Shown: positions 1-10,040, counted from the stretch's first letter. The stretch is 64,000 bases of DNA from Candidatus Cloacimonadales bacterium (GCA_963662275.1 OY759316.1:1600001-1664000), one strand, 5' to 3'. The notes: a model not told the origin generated them from the sequence alone. A program made the numbers and translations.

Positions 1-163
1 GCAGGAAATCCGCCTATACCGATCATAAAAAGGAGTGGTGCATTCCAATTCACCGCATACCAAATCGGAGTTTGACATACCAGCTTTCATATAAACTCCA
101 AAATCTTCGTTGACATTTCTGACAGATTGCAAATGATAGTTGCAAATAGTCAGAGGAGGCTTC

Positions 164-1330
164 ATGTTCCCACGACAACTAGCTTCTACGCTTAGTAAGA
201 TGCATAAATTCTTCCCAGTAATGACTGTTACGGGACCACGACAATCGGGAAAAACTACTCTGGTGAGAAGTTGCTATCCAGATTATAAATATGTTAATTT
301 AGAAGATTTGAAATTTCGCCAAATGGCTAAAGACGATCCAGACAACTTAATCTCAAAAACTCAGAACAGAATGATAGTAGATGAAATCCAACATGTTCCG
401 GAACTTCTCTCTACAATCCAGGTAGTTGTTGATGAGGATAAAATAAACAATCGGTTTATCCTGACCGGATCAAATCAATTTGAATATATGAAGAATATTA
501 CTCAATCTTTAGCTGGAAGGACAGGTATTCTCAAACTCCTTCCAGCAACAATTGAAGAATTGCAGTATAGTAAAATTATGCCTGCTGATAAGATGACTTA
601 TCAAGGTTTTTATCCTGCCTTATATCAAACTGATTTTTCACCATCGATGTACTATCAATCTTATATCTCTACATATTTGGAGAGAGATATCAGGCAATTA
701 GTGAATATCCGTGATATTACGACCTTTAATAAGTTTCTGGCTCTTTGCGCTGGAAGAACAGGTCAGATTTTGAATATGAATTCATTAGCGTTGGATGCCG
801 GTATTTCGCATACAACAATTCAAAATTGGATTTCTATTTTGGAAGCTAGTTTCATTATTTATAGACTGCAGCCATACTATAAGAATTTCAATAAAAGAGT
901 TATCAAAGCTCCTAAATTATATTTCTATGATACTGGCATTGTTTGCCAATTACTGGGCATTATATCTGAACAACAGTTAGAATTGCATCCACTGCGTGGT
1001 GAGATTTTCGAGACAATGGTGGTTTCTGAATTTATGAAACAATACTATAATCGAGGATTGCAACCAAACCTATATTATTGGCGCGATCAACAAGGTTATG
1101 AGATTGATTTGATTGCAGAAACAGCTTTACAATCAATTCCAATTGAAATCAAGTCTTCATATACTTATCGGTCTGATTTTATTAAAAACATTAGATATTT
1201 CAACAAAATACAAGGGAAGGAAAGTGACGCGTATCTTATTTTAAATGGCAATATTGATGAAAGAATTAATGCAGTCAATGTGACTTCATTTCGAAAAATA
1301 AAAGAAACCGTTGATAAAATTCTGAGGTAA
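164..1330 (+). CDS. AAA+ ATPase, AAA_14/DUF4143 family
   Basis: Walker A GPRQSGKTT, Walker B IVDEIQ, TGSN motif, C-terminal YWRD..GYEIDLI..PIEIKS. ATG164 follows GGAGG and is preferred over TTG140. Confidence 0.85.
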   Translation: MFPRQLASTLSKMHKFFPVMTVTGPRQSGKTTLVRSCYPDYKYVNLEDLKFRQMAKDDPDNLISKTQNRMIVDEIQHVPELLSTIQVVVDEDKINNRFILTGSNQFEYMKNITQSLAGRTGILKLLPATIEELQYSKIMPADKMTYQGFYPALYQTDFSPSMYYQSYISTYLERDIRQLVNIRDITTFNKFLALCAGRTGQILNMNSLALDAGISHTTIQNWISILEASFIIYRLQPYYKNFNKRVIKAPKLYFYDTGIVCQLLGIISEQQLELHPLRGEIFETMVVSEFMKQYYNRGLQPNLYYWRDQQGYEIDLIAETALQSIPIEIKSSYTYRSDFIKNIRYFNKIQGKESDAYLILNGNIDERINAVNVTSFRKIKETVDKILR

Positions 1331-1334
1331 TAAC

Positions 1335-3221
1335 TTGAGTATAATTCGTTTAGACAATATCACACATGCCTATGCCGGGGTAAACATCCTGGAGAACATC
1401 GACCTGACCATCGATAATAATAGCCGTTATGGACTGATTGGACCCAATGGCTCAGGTAAAACTACATTAATGAAGATCATCACAGGTGAAATACATTCTT
1501 CGGATGGGGAAGTTCATCGAGCCCGCAATCGTCAGTTGGCATATCTACCGCAGCAGCCCCATCTCGAGCAGGATAAGACTCTGCTTGATATCATCTATAT
1601 GGCACGTCATGACCTGATGGTTTTAAAGGCTAAGCTCATAGAGGCAGAGAAACGTCTTTCTGTTGAACATACAGAAGATGCTGGGCACTTGATGGGTGAT
1701 TTACAGGATAAATTCAATCATGCCGGTGGTTATACCTTTGAGACAGATGTGAAATTGGTCTTGACATCTTTAAATTTCCCTGAGGAAGTATGGACTTCTC
1801 CTGTTTCAAGATTCAGCGGGGGAGAGCAGACACGTATTCATTTGGCAAAAATACTCCTGCAGCCATACGATTTATTATTACTTGATGAACCTACCAATCA
1901 TCTCGATATAGATATGATCTTCTGGCTGGAAAAGTATCTCTCAAATCTTGAAAGACCCTATGTCATCATTTCCCATGATCGGTATTTCCTGGATCAGACT
2001 GCAAATACAATCCTGGAAATCGATAATGCCCATCTCAGCCGTTATTCAGGAAACTATAGCTTTTACATTACGGAGTCTGCCTTGCGTAAGGAACAGCAAT
2101 TAAAAGCTTATCAGCAACAACAGAAGCTAATTGAAAAGACGGAGTATTTCATACGAAAGAATATGGCTGGACAGAAGACTATACAAGCCCAGTCCCGTCA
2201 GAAGATGCTGGATAAGATGGAGACAATTGATGCACCGCAATCAGCCCAGAGCTTCAAAATACAATTCAAGACAGAAGGCAGGACAGGCAACGATGTCTTT
2301 CGACTGGAGGATTTGAGTTTTGGTTATCCGAATAAACTGCTTGCCAAGGATGTCAATCGCTACACTGGTTATCGTGATAGAATCGCTATTTTAGGAAAGA
2401 ATGGCTGTGGAAAGACAAGTTTGCTCAATCTCCTGATGGGGGAGATGAAGCCCCTTTCCGGTATTATTAAAATCGGTGCGAATCTGAAAATAGGCTATTA
2501 TGAGCAGTTTCATGACCTCCTCAATCCGGAACTGACAGCTCGGGAAACTATCTGGCAGATGATACCCAATGCCCCCCAGGGAGAAGTATTAGGCTATCTG
2601 GCACGTTTCGGATTTCGAGGAGATGATATTGAAAAAAGGGTATCTTCTCTCAGTGGAGGAGAAAGGGCACGTTTGAATTTAGCACGTCTCATCATGGAAA
2701 GACCGAATGTGCTCCTGCTGGATGAACCGACGAACCATCTCGATCTTGTCATGACTGCTGACCTGGAAGAAGCGCTGTTGGAATATGATGGTACTATCCT
2801 GTTCGTTTCACATGACCGTTATTTTATTAAGAAGATTGCAACCAAGACTTGGATATTCCGAAATTTAACGATCGAAGAAACACAACAGGACTTGGAAAGT
2901 ATCTTCTCAGCAGGTTTTAATGTAAAATTGCAGAAAAAGACAAAAATGATTCAACCCGAAAAGAATAGACCAAAGAAGATAAATCCCTGGAATCTTGAGC
3001 AGATCATGAAGGAAATTGAAGCATTACAGGCTCAAATCAAACAATTGCTGGATGAAAAAACTGATATAGAATTCCAATTCTCACAAGCCGACACTTATAA
3101 AGAACCTGATTCAGTGAAAACTTTACGTACAAGGCTGGAAGCGATAGATGTAGAAATGTTGGAATTACAGCGTAAAATTGAAAAGAAGGAAGAAGAATAT
3201 TTAGAGTTAGGGTGCTTGTAA
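1335..3221 (+). CDS. ABC-F family ATP-binding protein (Uup/YheS-like ribosome-associated factor)
   Basis: Two ABC domains (GPNGSGKTT/FSGGE/DEPTNHLD and GKNGCGKTS/LSGGE/DEPTNHLD), interdomain linker, C-terminal coiled coil, no TM segments. Confidence 0.9.
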   Translation: MSIIRLDNITHAYAGVNILENIDLTIDNNSRYGLIGPNGSGKTTLMKIITGEIHSSDGEVHRARNRQLAYLPQQPHLEQDKTLLDIIYMARHDLMVLKAKLIEAEKRLSVEHTEDAGHLMGDLQDKFNHAGGYTFETDVKLVLTSLNFPEEVWTSPVSRFSGGEQTRIHLAKILLQPYDLLLLDEPTNHLDIDMIFWLEKYLSNLERPYVIISHDRYFLDQTANTILEIDNAHLSRYSGNYSFYITESALRKEQQLKAYQQQQKLIEKTEYFIRKNMAGQKTIQAQSRQKMLDKMETIDAPQSAQSFKIQFKTEGRTGNDVFRLEDLSFGYPNKLLAKDVNRYTGYRDRIAILGKNGCGKTSLLNLLMGEMKPLSGIIKIGANLKIGYYEQFHDLLNPELTARETIWQMIPNAPQGEVLGYLARFGFRGDDIEKRVSSLSGGERARLNLARLIMERPNVLLLDEPTNHLDLVMTADLEEALLEYDGTILFVSHDRYFIKKIATKTWIFRNLTIEETQQDLESIFSAGFNVKLQKKTKMIQPEKNRPKKINPWNLEQIMKEIEALQAQIKQLLDEKTDIEFQFSQADTYKEPDSVKTLRTRLEAIDVEMLELQRKIEKKEEEYLELGCL

Positions 3222-3236
3222 GAAAAGGAGTATCAA

Positions 3237-3602
3237 ATGACATTAATCAATATTTTATCTCTGTTGGGCGGTGTAGGTATAGGAGCAATGATTCAAACAC
3301 TTTTTACCATTATTGCAAGAAACAAAGAAATGATGAACAAAAGATGCTATATTGAAAAACGGAATGCATATTTAGGATTATTAACAGCTCTGCATGATGC
3401 TGCTGTTCATCCTTCCATGGAATCTTCAAAAGCTTATGCTCTTTGGCAAACAAAAGTAGATTTGTTTGGATCAGTTGATGTAAGAAAGTTTGCTCAAGAA
3501 ATGGTTGATACTAACGATACTCCAAAAGAAAGATCAATAGCATTCAATAATTTGAAAAACTCAATGCGTCGAGATTTGAATATTGATAAGGGCAAGCTAT
3601 AA
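3237..3602 (+). CDS. Hypothetical protein with N-terminal hydrophobic segment
   Basis: 121-aa ORF preceded by AAGGAG; N-terminal TM-like stretch, then helical charged region. Confidence 0.65.
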   Translation: MTLINILSLLGGVGIGAMIQTLFTIIARNKEMMNKRCYIEKRNAYLGLLTALHDAAVHPSMESSKAYALWQTKVDLFGSVDVRKFAQEMVDTNDTPKERSIAFNNLKNSMRRDLNIDKGKL

Positions 3603-3641
3603 ATGAAGCTATAAGAAACGAAAGTAATATAGACTCTAATA

Positions 3642-4193
3642 TTACTTTGGGTAATCAAATCCAGTTAATTCTGTGAATTTACCTATTGCTCTAGGAGGTT
3701 GTCTTCTTTCATTTTGCGAAATCCAATCTACAATTATTAACTGTTTGTCAATATCCCATACAATGAGACAATCTTTAAGCCATTTATTAATCAATTCAAG
3801 AGGTGAAATGCAGTCATGTTCAAGTTCATTAAAGGCGAAATCCATAGCATTTGAATCACCACTGCAAAAAATAACATCATCCAAATCATACAATGCTGCC
3901 ATTAGACATCTATCTACATAGCTCAGGTCATAAGGTTCATTTGTTGAAGGATTCAATTTGCTCTGGTTAATTCCTTCGATAATGAACTTTATCGATTCAT
4001 CATATCTAGTATGTGTTTTGATAAATTTGAGGTAAGTAGATTTCCAAGGATACTTGATTTTAAACTTTTGCTTTTCATTAAACTCAGTTCTGACTTCATT
4101 AATGGTTTCACATTCGAAAATAGGATTTGTAAACATTTCCGGGTTGATGCGTAATAGCATTAATATAGCACAGGTATCACAGAGAATCTTCAA
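3642..4193 (-). CDS. Putative PIN-domain ribonuclease (VapC-like fold)
   Basis: Acidic residues in PIN-like order: ILCDT at N-terminus, EVRTE, LSYVD, CSGD; overlaps the upstream HTH-peptidase gene by 17 bp. Confidence 0.6.
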   Translation of the reverse strand: MKILCDTCAILMLLRINPEMFTNPIFECETINEVRTEFNEKQKFKIKYPWKSTYLKFIKTHTRYDESIKFIIEGINQSKLNPSTNEPYDLSYVDRCLMAALYDLDDVIFCSGDSNAMDFAFNELEHDCISPLELINKWLKDCLIVWDIDKQLIIVDWISQNERRQPPRAIGKFTELTGFDYPK

Positions 4194-5307
4194 TACGTTC
4201 CTCTTTCCTTAAAAGATTGAGCAAAATATGACCATCAATTGAATTTGATAGTTGAAATAACTCTGCTATTTTGCTATTGCTTAAATGAGATGATTCATCG
4301 CGTATCATTTTGACAAAACGAGGTGAAATCGATTCATAGAGTTGGAGATATTCAACAGGGCTTTCTATGTGATCAAAGATATCCCCAATTGAAGGATAAT
4401 CTTTCTTGAGTTTTTTATCAGCAAATACTGCTGATGTCATAATATCCTTTGATATTTGTTCATCAATATAGAGTCTCTTGCATAATCCATATACTGAATG
4501 ATGGTTTTGTTTACTAATATCCTTTAACTCATCAATAATAGAATTCTTATTACCTGATATTAAATCTGCTTTTATTCTTTCAATGATACAAGCGACATAT
4601 TTATCAGGAAATTGGAGATAACTTGCCACACAATCACAGAACTTATCAATTTCGTTTGTAACAGCCTGATCTTCAGGTAAAATTGAATGTATACTTTCAT
4701 GAAGTAAATGGAAAATTAGGTCAGAAGAGTGAATATGGCTTTCTAGGAATATTACTCTATGGTGAGCAATTTTGACATAAAATGCATTTGATTTCATAGT
4801 ATCCGGGAATGGAAGTAAAATAACAAATAATCCTAATTTATCAAGATATTTAAATATTTGGTTTTCATTAAAAGTAATAGGTGTTTCATCATCTAAACCC
4901 AGCTCTGCACGCAGATTTAAAGCTATTTGACTAGCTGCTCGAACAGAAAAATCATTTGTTTCAATCCTCTTAATGACTAATGGATTTACATAGTGTTCAA
5001 AAACCCTAACATATGGAGCGCTTATTTTATATGCATCATTTTGCATTTCATCTGTTACTTTTGCTCGCATATGTGTTTTGTGTGCAGGTATGGAAATTTG
5101 AGGTTTCTCATTTGGAGAAAACAGATCAGCAGGGGTTATCTCTAATTCCTTGCATAATTTAATAATAAATCTACCTGTAGGAACAGATCCTTTTATCCAT
5201 TCACTGATTGATTGTCTACTTGTACCAATCCTTTCAGCAATATAATCCATTGTAAGTCCTTTTTGTTTTAGGATATCCTGTAATGTTTTTCCCATCCACT
5301 CCATCAT
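4177..5307 (-). CDS. XRE-family HTH regulator fused to ImmA/IrrE-like (HExxH) metallopeptidase domain
   Basis: N-terminal HTH (LTMDYIAERIGTSRQSISEWIKG), FHLLHESIH zinc motif, downstream KFCDCVASYLQFP resembling the E.FCN.FAA.LLMP motif; GGAG RBS. Confidence 0.8.
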   Translation of the reverse strand: MMEWMGKTLQDILKQKGLTMDYIAERIGTSRQSISEWIKGSVPTGRFIIKLCKELEITPADLFSPNEKPQISIPAHKTHMRAKVTDEMQNDAYKISAPYVRVFEHYVNPLVIKRIETNDFSVRAASQIALNLRAELGLDDETPITFNENQIFKYLDKLGLFVILLPFPDTMKSNAFYVKIAHHRVIFLESHIHSSDLIFHLLHESIHSILPEDQAVTNEIDKFCDCVASYLQFPDKYVACIIERIKADLISGNKNSIIDELKDISKQNHHSVYGLCKRLYIDEQISKDIMTSAVFADKKLKKDYPSIGDIFDHIESPVEYLQLYESISPRFVKMIRDESSHLSNSKIAELFQLSNSIDGHILLNLLRKEERIEDSL

Positions 5308-5349
5308 CTACTCCTTTGTACTTATTACAAAATATCAATTCCTTTAATA

Positions 5350-5369
5350 ATGTAAAGATATATTTACAT
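5350..5369. promoter_or_regulatory. Palindromic candidate operator upstream of the XRE gene
   Basis: ATGTAAA-gatata-TTTACAT inverted repeat about 43 bp upstream of the 5307 start. Confidence 0.35.
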
Positions 5370-5595
5370 GAAATTGTATGATATATACGTAACTAATTAA
5401 CAGAAAGTACTATATGTTATGTTTAATAATCGCAAACAAATCATATTTTACGTGTATTTTTCACTTTTTTTTGAATGGATGAGACTAATCAAAAATGTGT
5501 ATTTAACATATTTTAATAAAAAATCTATCCATTCGATTTATTGACAAAAACATCTATCTACAATCAGGTGAAAACATCAAAATTAAGGATATAAA

Positions 5596-6570
5596 ATGCG
5601 AATTGGATTTACAACAAGCTTTCCTGTAGAAGTAATTATTGCAGCAGGACATACGCCCGTTGATTTAAACAATTTGTTTATCTCTATAAAACCTGCTGAT
5701 TATATCGAGTACGCTGAGCGGGGTGGCTTTCCTCGTACGATTTGTTCCTGGATCAAGGGCATTTATGCTGTGTCTTTGGAAAAATGTGTAGATGAAGTCA
5801 TTGGTATTGTACAAGGTGACTGTTCCAATACACATTCCCTGTTATCTACACTGGAAGCTGAAAACATACCAATTCAGTATTTCTCATATCCCTATCCGAA
5901 AGATCGTAATAAACTCAATACAGAAATCTTAAGATTGGAAGAAGTATATCGTATTTCTCATATAGAAGTGATGGATGTGAAAAAGAAATTAGACCGGATT
6001 CGCAAAAAGCTGATACTTCTAGATGAATTGACTTGGAAAGAAAACAAAATCACTGGCAAAGAGAACCATACCTGGCTGGTCTCATCTACAGATTTCAACG
6101 GTGATCCTGAACAATATGAGAGTGATTTGGATTTGTTTCTGAAGGAAGCAAAAGAACGGTCACCATTCAAGCCGACTCTGCGTCTTGCATATTTAGGAGT
6201 GCCTCCAATTATCTCCGATCTCTACGATTATTTGGATGAAATGAATACTCAAGTCGTATATAATGAAGTTCAGCGTCAGTTTTCCATGCCATATTTAGCT
6301 GAAGATATCGTTGATCAATACCTGCAATTTACATATCCCTATTCGGTACAGGACAGACTTTCAGATATTCTGACAGAGCTGGAGCGAAGACATATTGATG
6401 CCGTGATTGGCTATACACAATCCTTCTGTCATCGGCAGATAGACCATTTTCTCATGAAAAAGTATGTCAATATACCTTTCATGAACTTGGAAGGAGATCA
6501 GCCTGGTGTGCTGGATGCAAGGACAAAGCTGAGAATAGAGAGTTTTTTGGAAATACATAGGGGAAGGTGA
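5596..6570 (+). CDS. 2-hydroxyacyl-CoA dehydratase subunit (HGD-D family)
   Basis: GFPRTICSWIKG, QGDCSNT, TQSFCHR and C-terminal LEGD...RTKLRIESFLE motifs. Confidence 0.85.
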   Translation: MRIGFTTSFPVEVIIAAGHTPVDLNNLFISIKPADYIEYAERGGFPRTICSWIKGIYAVSLEKCVDEVIGIVQGDCSNTHSLLSTLEAENIPIQYFSYPYPKDRNKLNTEILRLEEVYRISHIEVMDVKKKLDRIRKKLILLDELTWKENKITGKENHTWLVSSTDFNGDPEQYESDLDLFLKEAKERSPFKPTLRLAYLGVPPIISDLYDYLDEMNTQVVYNEVQRQFSMPYLAEDIVDQYLQFTYPYSVQDRLSDILTELERRHIDAVIGYTQSFCHRQIDHFLMKKYVNIPFMNLEGDQPGVLDARTKLRIESFLEIHRGR

Positions 6571-6677
6571 CAGGTGTTAGGTGTTAGGTGTTAGGTGCTA
6601 GGTGTTAGGTGCTAGGTGTTAGGTGCTAGGTGCTAGGTGTTAGGTGTTAGGTGTTAGGTGTTAGGTGTTAGGTGTTA
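6566..6677 (+). repeat. Heptamer tandem repeat (GGTGYTA)n, 16 units
   Basis: GGTGACA followed by 15 GGTGTTA/GGTGCTA units; the first unit contains the TGA stop of the upstream gene. Confidence 0.95.
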
Positions 6678-6767
6678 GGTTCTGGATGATGTATTGATGA
6701 GATTAATATTGCATAGATCAGTTTTATGTCTCTTGGAAGACAAGGGAAGCAGGAAAGAAGCAAAAAT

Positions 6768-6852
6768 TTAGGAAAACCTTAGGAAAACCTTAGGACAATC
6801 TAAAGAAGTCTAGATGATCCCTAGATGAAGCCTAGATGATTCCTAGATGAAA
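6768..6852 (+). repeat. Degenerate 11-bp periodic repeat tract
   Basis: TTAGGAAAACC x2, TTAGGACAATC, then TAGATGATCCC/TAGATGAAGCC/TAGATGATTCC/TAGATGAAA. Confidence 0.8.
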
Positions 6853-6989
6853 ACAACCTGAATTTATTAGTCTCTTAATTTGAGATTAAAAGAAGCATAT
6901 GAGAAGTTTATGAAAGAGATATATGAGCGTAAAATATAGCAAATACAATAGTAAATTACTGTATGTCAATAAAATGATAAGGATAGCTA

Positions 6990-8258
6990 ATGAAAAAAGT
7001 AGATTTGATCATTGCTCATACGATGGAGTTGTTAACACTTCAAGGTCCTGATCATGCCAGAAGAGGTCTTGAAATGAACGATTTGGGTATGATTCGTCAA
7101 GGAGCTCTTGCTGTTCATGATGGTAAGATCGTTGCCATAGGCACAACCACTGAGATTACAGATAATTATCAGAGTAAACACTTCATTGATGCAACAGGAA
7201 AAGTTGTGATGCCGGGATTTGTGGATTCTCATACACACCCGGTATTTGTTCATACTCGGGAAAATGAATACGAGATGCGTATCCAGGGTAAAACTTACGC
7301 TGAGATAGCACAAGAAGGAGGAGGTATTCGAAATACAATTCGAACTACTCGCGATGCCTCCAAAACTGTTTTACTCGATCTTGCCCTGAAGCGAATCCGT
7401 AAGATGATTTCCTATGGTACGACAACATTAGAAGCAAAGAGCGGTTATGGATTGACTACAGAAAGTGAAATTCGACAATTGGAAGTCATTCATTTATTGG
7501 AAAAATCTGTACCAATCGACATAATATCCACTTTCATGGGGGCACATGAATATCCAGCTCAATTCAAAGAGAATCACGAAGCATACCTGCAATTACTCGA
7601 GAATGAAATGCTTCCGGCAGTGGCAGAAACTGGTTTGACGCAATTCTGTGATATATTTACAGAGGCTCATGTTTATTCTTTAGAAGAAACCAGGCGTATT
7701 CTTTTAAAAGCCAAAGAGTTAGGATTCAAATTACGAATGCATGCTGATGAGCTTGAACCAATTGGAGGAGCAGAACTTGCAGCAGAATTGGGTTGTCTGT
7801 CAGCAGATCATTTGGGTGCAACTTCCGATCAGGGAATCAAGGCTTTAGCAGAGAAAAACGTCATCGCTGTCCTACTACCCGGAACAATATTCAGTTTGGG
7901 TTTAAAATCATATGCACGTGCTAGAGATATGATTTCTCACGGTGTTCCTGTAGCTTTAGCAACAGATTTCAATCCAGGTAGCTGCAATTGTGATTCCATG
8001 CAGATGATCATCTCTATAGCCTGTTCCCAAATGCGTATGACACCTGGGGAAGCGATAACGGCATCTACAATAAACGGGGCGTATGCCCTGGATATGGGTG
8101 ATCGAACTGGTTCTCTTGAAGTTGGCAAACAAGCGGATATATTGATTATGGATATACCATCCTATCAATATATTCCATATCATATTGGATCGAATGTAGT
8201 GGAGACAGTGATAAAAAAAGGTGTCATAATTCATAATAATATCCATACTGGAGGATAA
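6990..8258 (+). CDS. hutI: Imidazolonepropionase
   Basis: PGFVDSHTHPVF, GTTTLEAKSGYGL, MHADEL, SADHL and ALATDFNPGS motifs. Confidence 0.93.
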   Translation: MKKVDLIIAHTMELLTLQGPDHARRGLEMNDLGMIRQGALAVHDGKIVAIGTTTEITDNYQSKHFIDATGKVVMPGFVDSHTHPVFVHTRENEYEMRIQGKTYAEIAQEGGGIRNTIRTTRDASKTVLLDLALKRIRKMISYGTTTLEAKSGYGLTTESEIRQLEVIHLLEKSVPIDIISTFMGAHEYPAQFKENHEAYLQLLENEMLPAVAETGLTQFCDIFTEAHVYSLEETRRILLKAKELGFKLRMHADELEPIGGAELAAELGCLSADHLGATSDQGIKALAEKNVIAVLLPGTIFSLGLKSYARARDMISHGVPVALATDFNPGSCNCDSMQMIISIACSQMRMTPGEAITASTINGAYALDMGDRTGSLEVGKQADILIMDIPSYQYIPYHIGSNVVETVIKKGVIIHNNIHTGG

Positions 8259-8261
8259 TTC

Positions 8262-9077
8262 ATGAACTATTCAGGCAAATCTGGAGTACTTTTTGGTATT
8301 TTCATTCTAATGTGGACTTCTAATATTGCTATGTTATTTGCTGCTGACATTCAAAAAGCAGTTATCATGGGTGATTCACGTACAAATATTGAGATATACA
8401 AACAAATCACTGAAAAGATCGTCCTGCAAAAACCCCAGGTAGTTTTTCATACTGGTGATTTGGTATCCAATGGTTTCATTGAAACACAGTGGGATGATTT
8501 TGAAGCAGCAACAAAAAAAATTGATGAAATAGCTTCATTTTTCCCTGTCAGAGGCAATCACGATGGAAGTGCTGGAGTTTTCCTAAAACATTTTCCACGA
8601 TTAGGTTCCCAAACCTGGTATTTGAACGAATATCTGGGATTGCATTGGATCATTGTTGATAGTGAGCTTCCCGTTACAATTGGATCAGAACAGTATAGAT
8701 GGCTGAAAAACGATTTGAAAGGGGCAGGGAATAAATTCTGTATTCTTTTGCTTCATCATCCCATCTACAGTTCCGGACATCATGGAAACGATTTTAAGTC
8801 CAAAGATTTGATGCAGTTAATTCAGAAATATAAGGTCAAGCTCGTGTTCAGTGGACATGACCATATTTATGAACGTTCTTTTCATGAGGCTACATATTAT
8901 ATAGTTACGGGAGGAGCAGGTGCTCCCTTATACAATAAAGTAAAAGAAAATCCATATTCTCAATATTTTTCCTCGACATATCATTACTGTGTGTTAGAAA
9001 ATCAACCTGATAAGATTCAAGTTAGAGTTTTTGATTTGAAAGATAATCAGATTGATTCATTAACAATCTCAAAATAG
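8262..9077 (+). CDS. Exported calcineurin-like metallophosphoesterase
   Basis: Signal peptide; GDSR, HTGDLV, RGNHD, HHP and SGHDHIYER motifs. Confidence 0.85.
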   Translation: MNYSGKSGVLFGIFILMWTSNIAMLFAADIQKAVIMGDSRTNIEIYKQITEKIVLQKPQVVFHTGDLVSNGFIETQWDDFEAATKKIDEIASFFPVRGNHDGSAGVFLKHFPRLGSQTWYLNEYLGLHWIIVDSELPVTIGSEQYRWLKNDLKGAGNKFCILLLHHPIYSSGHHGNDFKSKDLMQLIQKYKVKLVFSGHDHIYERSFHEATYYIVTGGAGAPLYNKVKENPYSQYFSSTYHYCVLENQPDKIQVRVFDLKDNQIDSLTISK

Positions 9078-9085
9078 GATATATC

Positions 9086-9532
9086 ATGGAAAGACCATCA
9101 TGCCTCGGATGTTTATTTACGAGTGTCGTGCTAATAATTTTTTTCACAAATCTGATCCTATTTATCTTGGATAAGATATTCAAAATCGGATTTTATCAAT
9201 CAATGGGCTTCATGACCCTAGATAACTTTGGCGTTGAGTTCATGGCTCACAAGACAGTTGTGGCTGTCTCATTTATCATTGCTCTTCTCCCGACGTTGTA
9301 TTTTGCTGCACTGATAAATGATATCTATGTTAAGTACAAAAGATCCAAGGAAAAGGAAATTGAATCATTAATGCAAGAAGATAAGGATCATGTGGATAAA
9401 AAGAATTATAATCTAACACTTCCTAAAAGCAATTCCGATTTGATTGATCCTAGCCGTTTTAAACCACCTTCAAAGTCACTGCCAACAAATATGCCCAAGA
9501 AACCGGAATCGGATGATTCCGATAAAAGCTAA
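9086..9532 (+). CDS. Hypothetical membrane protein
   Basis: Two hydrophobic segments plus a charged low-complexity tail; operon-like spacing. Confidence 0.6.
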   Translation: MERPSCLGCLFTSVVLIIFFTNLILFILDKIFKIGFYQSMGFMTLDNFGVEFMAHKTVVAVSFIIALLPTLYFAALINDIYVKYKRSKEKEIESLMQEDKDHVDKKNYNLTLPKSNSDLIDPSRFKPPSKSLPTNMPKKPESDDSDKS

Positions 9533-9644
9533 TGAATTCCTGGAAAGGAGATTAATCTTATATTGCTGAATTCAACAGGAAAGATGTTGAAGAGATTTTT
9601 ATTCCGGTTTCAAAATAATTATGTATGATAAAGGAGAAGATAAC

Positions 9645-10040
9645 ATGTTTACTGTGAATATTGAACTTAAAGAGAACAAAAAAGTCGATGCTAAAATTCG
9701 TGATTTTATCATCCCAACCGATCAACCACTCGATAATGGCGGTGATAATACGGCACCCAGTCCCTTTGAGTATTTTCTTGCCTCACTTGGCACTTGTGCC
9801 GGTATCTATATTAAAGGTTTTTGCACGAAACGGAAAATCGATACAGACCAGGTTAAACTAATTCTTACAGCGGATGAAAAGCCCGATGGCACACCAAGCA
9901 AAGTGAAAATAGCAATTGAGGTTCCAGTTGGTTTTCCTGAACAATATTTGAATGCTTTGATCAGTGTTGCTGATTTATGCCTGGTTAAAAAAACGATATT
10001 AGTTCCTCCAGAATTTGAGATAACAACAGAATATAAGTAA
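9645..10040 (+). CDS. OsmC family protein
   Basis: DQP..GG...PSPFEYFLASLGTC and second Cys in ADLCLVKKT; AAGGAG before ATG9645. Confidence 0.85.
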   Translation: MFTVNIELKENKKVDAKIRDFIIPTDQPLDNGGDNTAPSPFEYFLASLGTCAGIYIKGFCTKRKIDTDQVKLILTADEKPDGTPSKVKIAIEVPVGFPEQYLNALISVADLCLVKKTILVPPEFEITTEYK

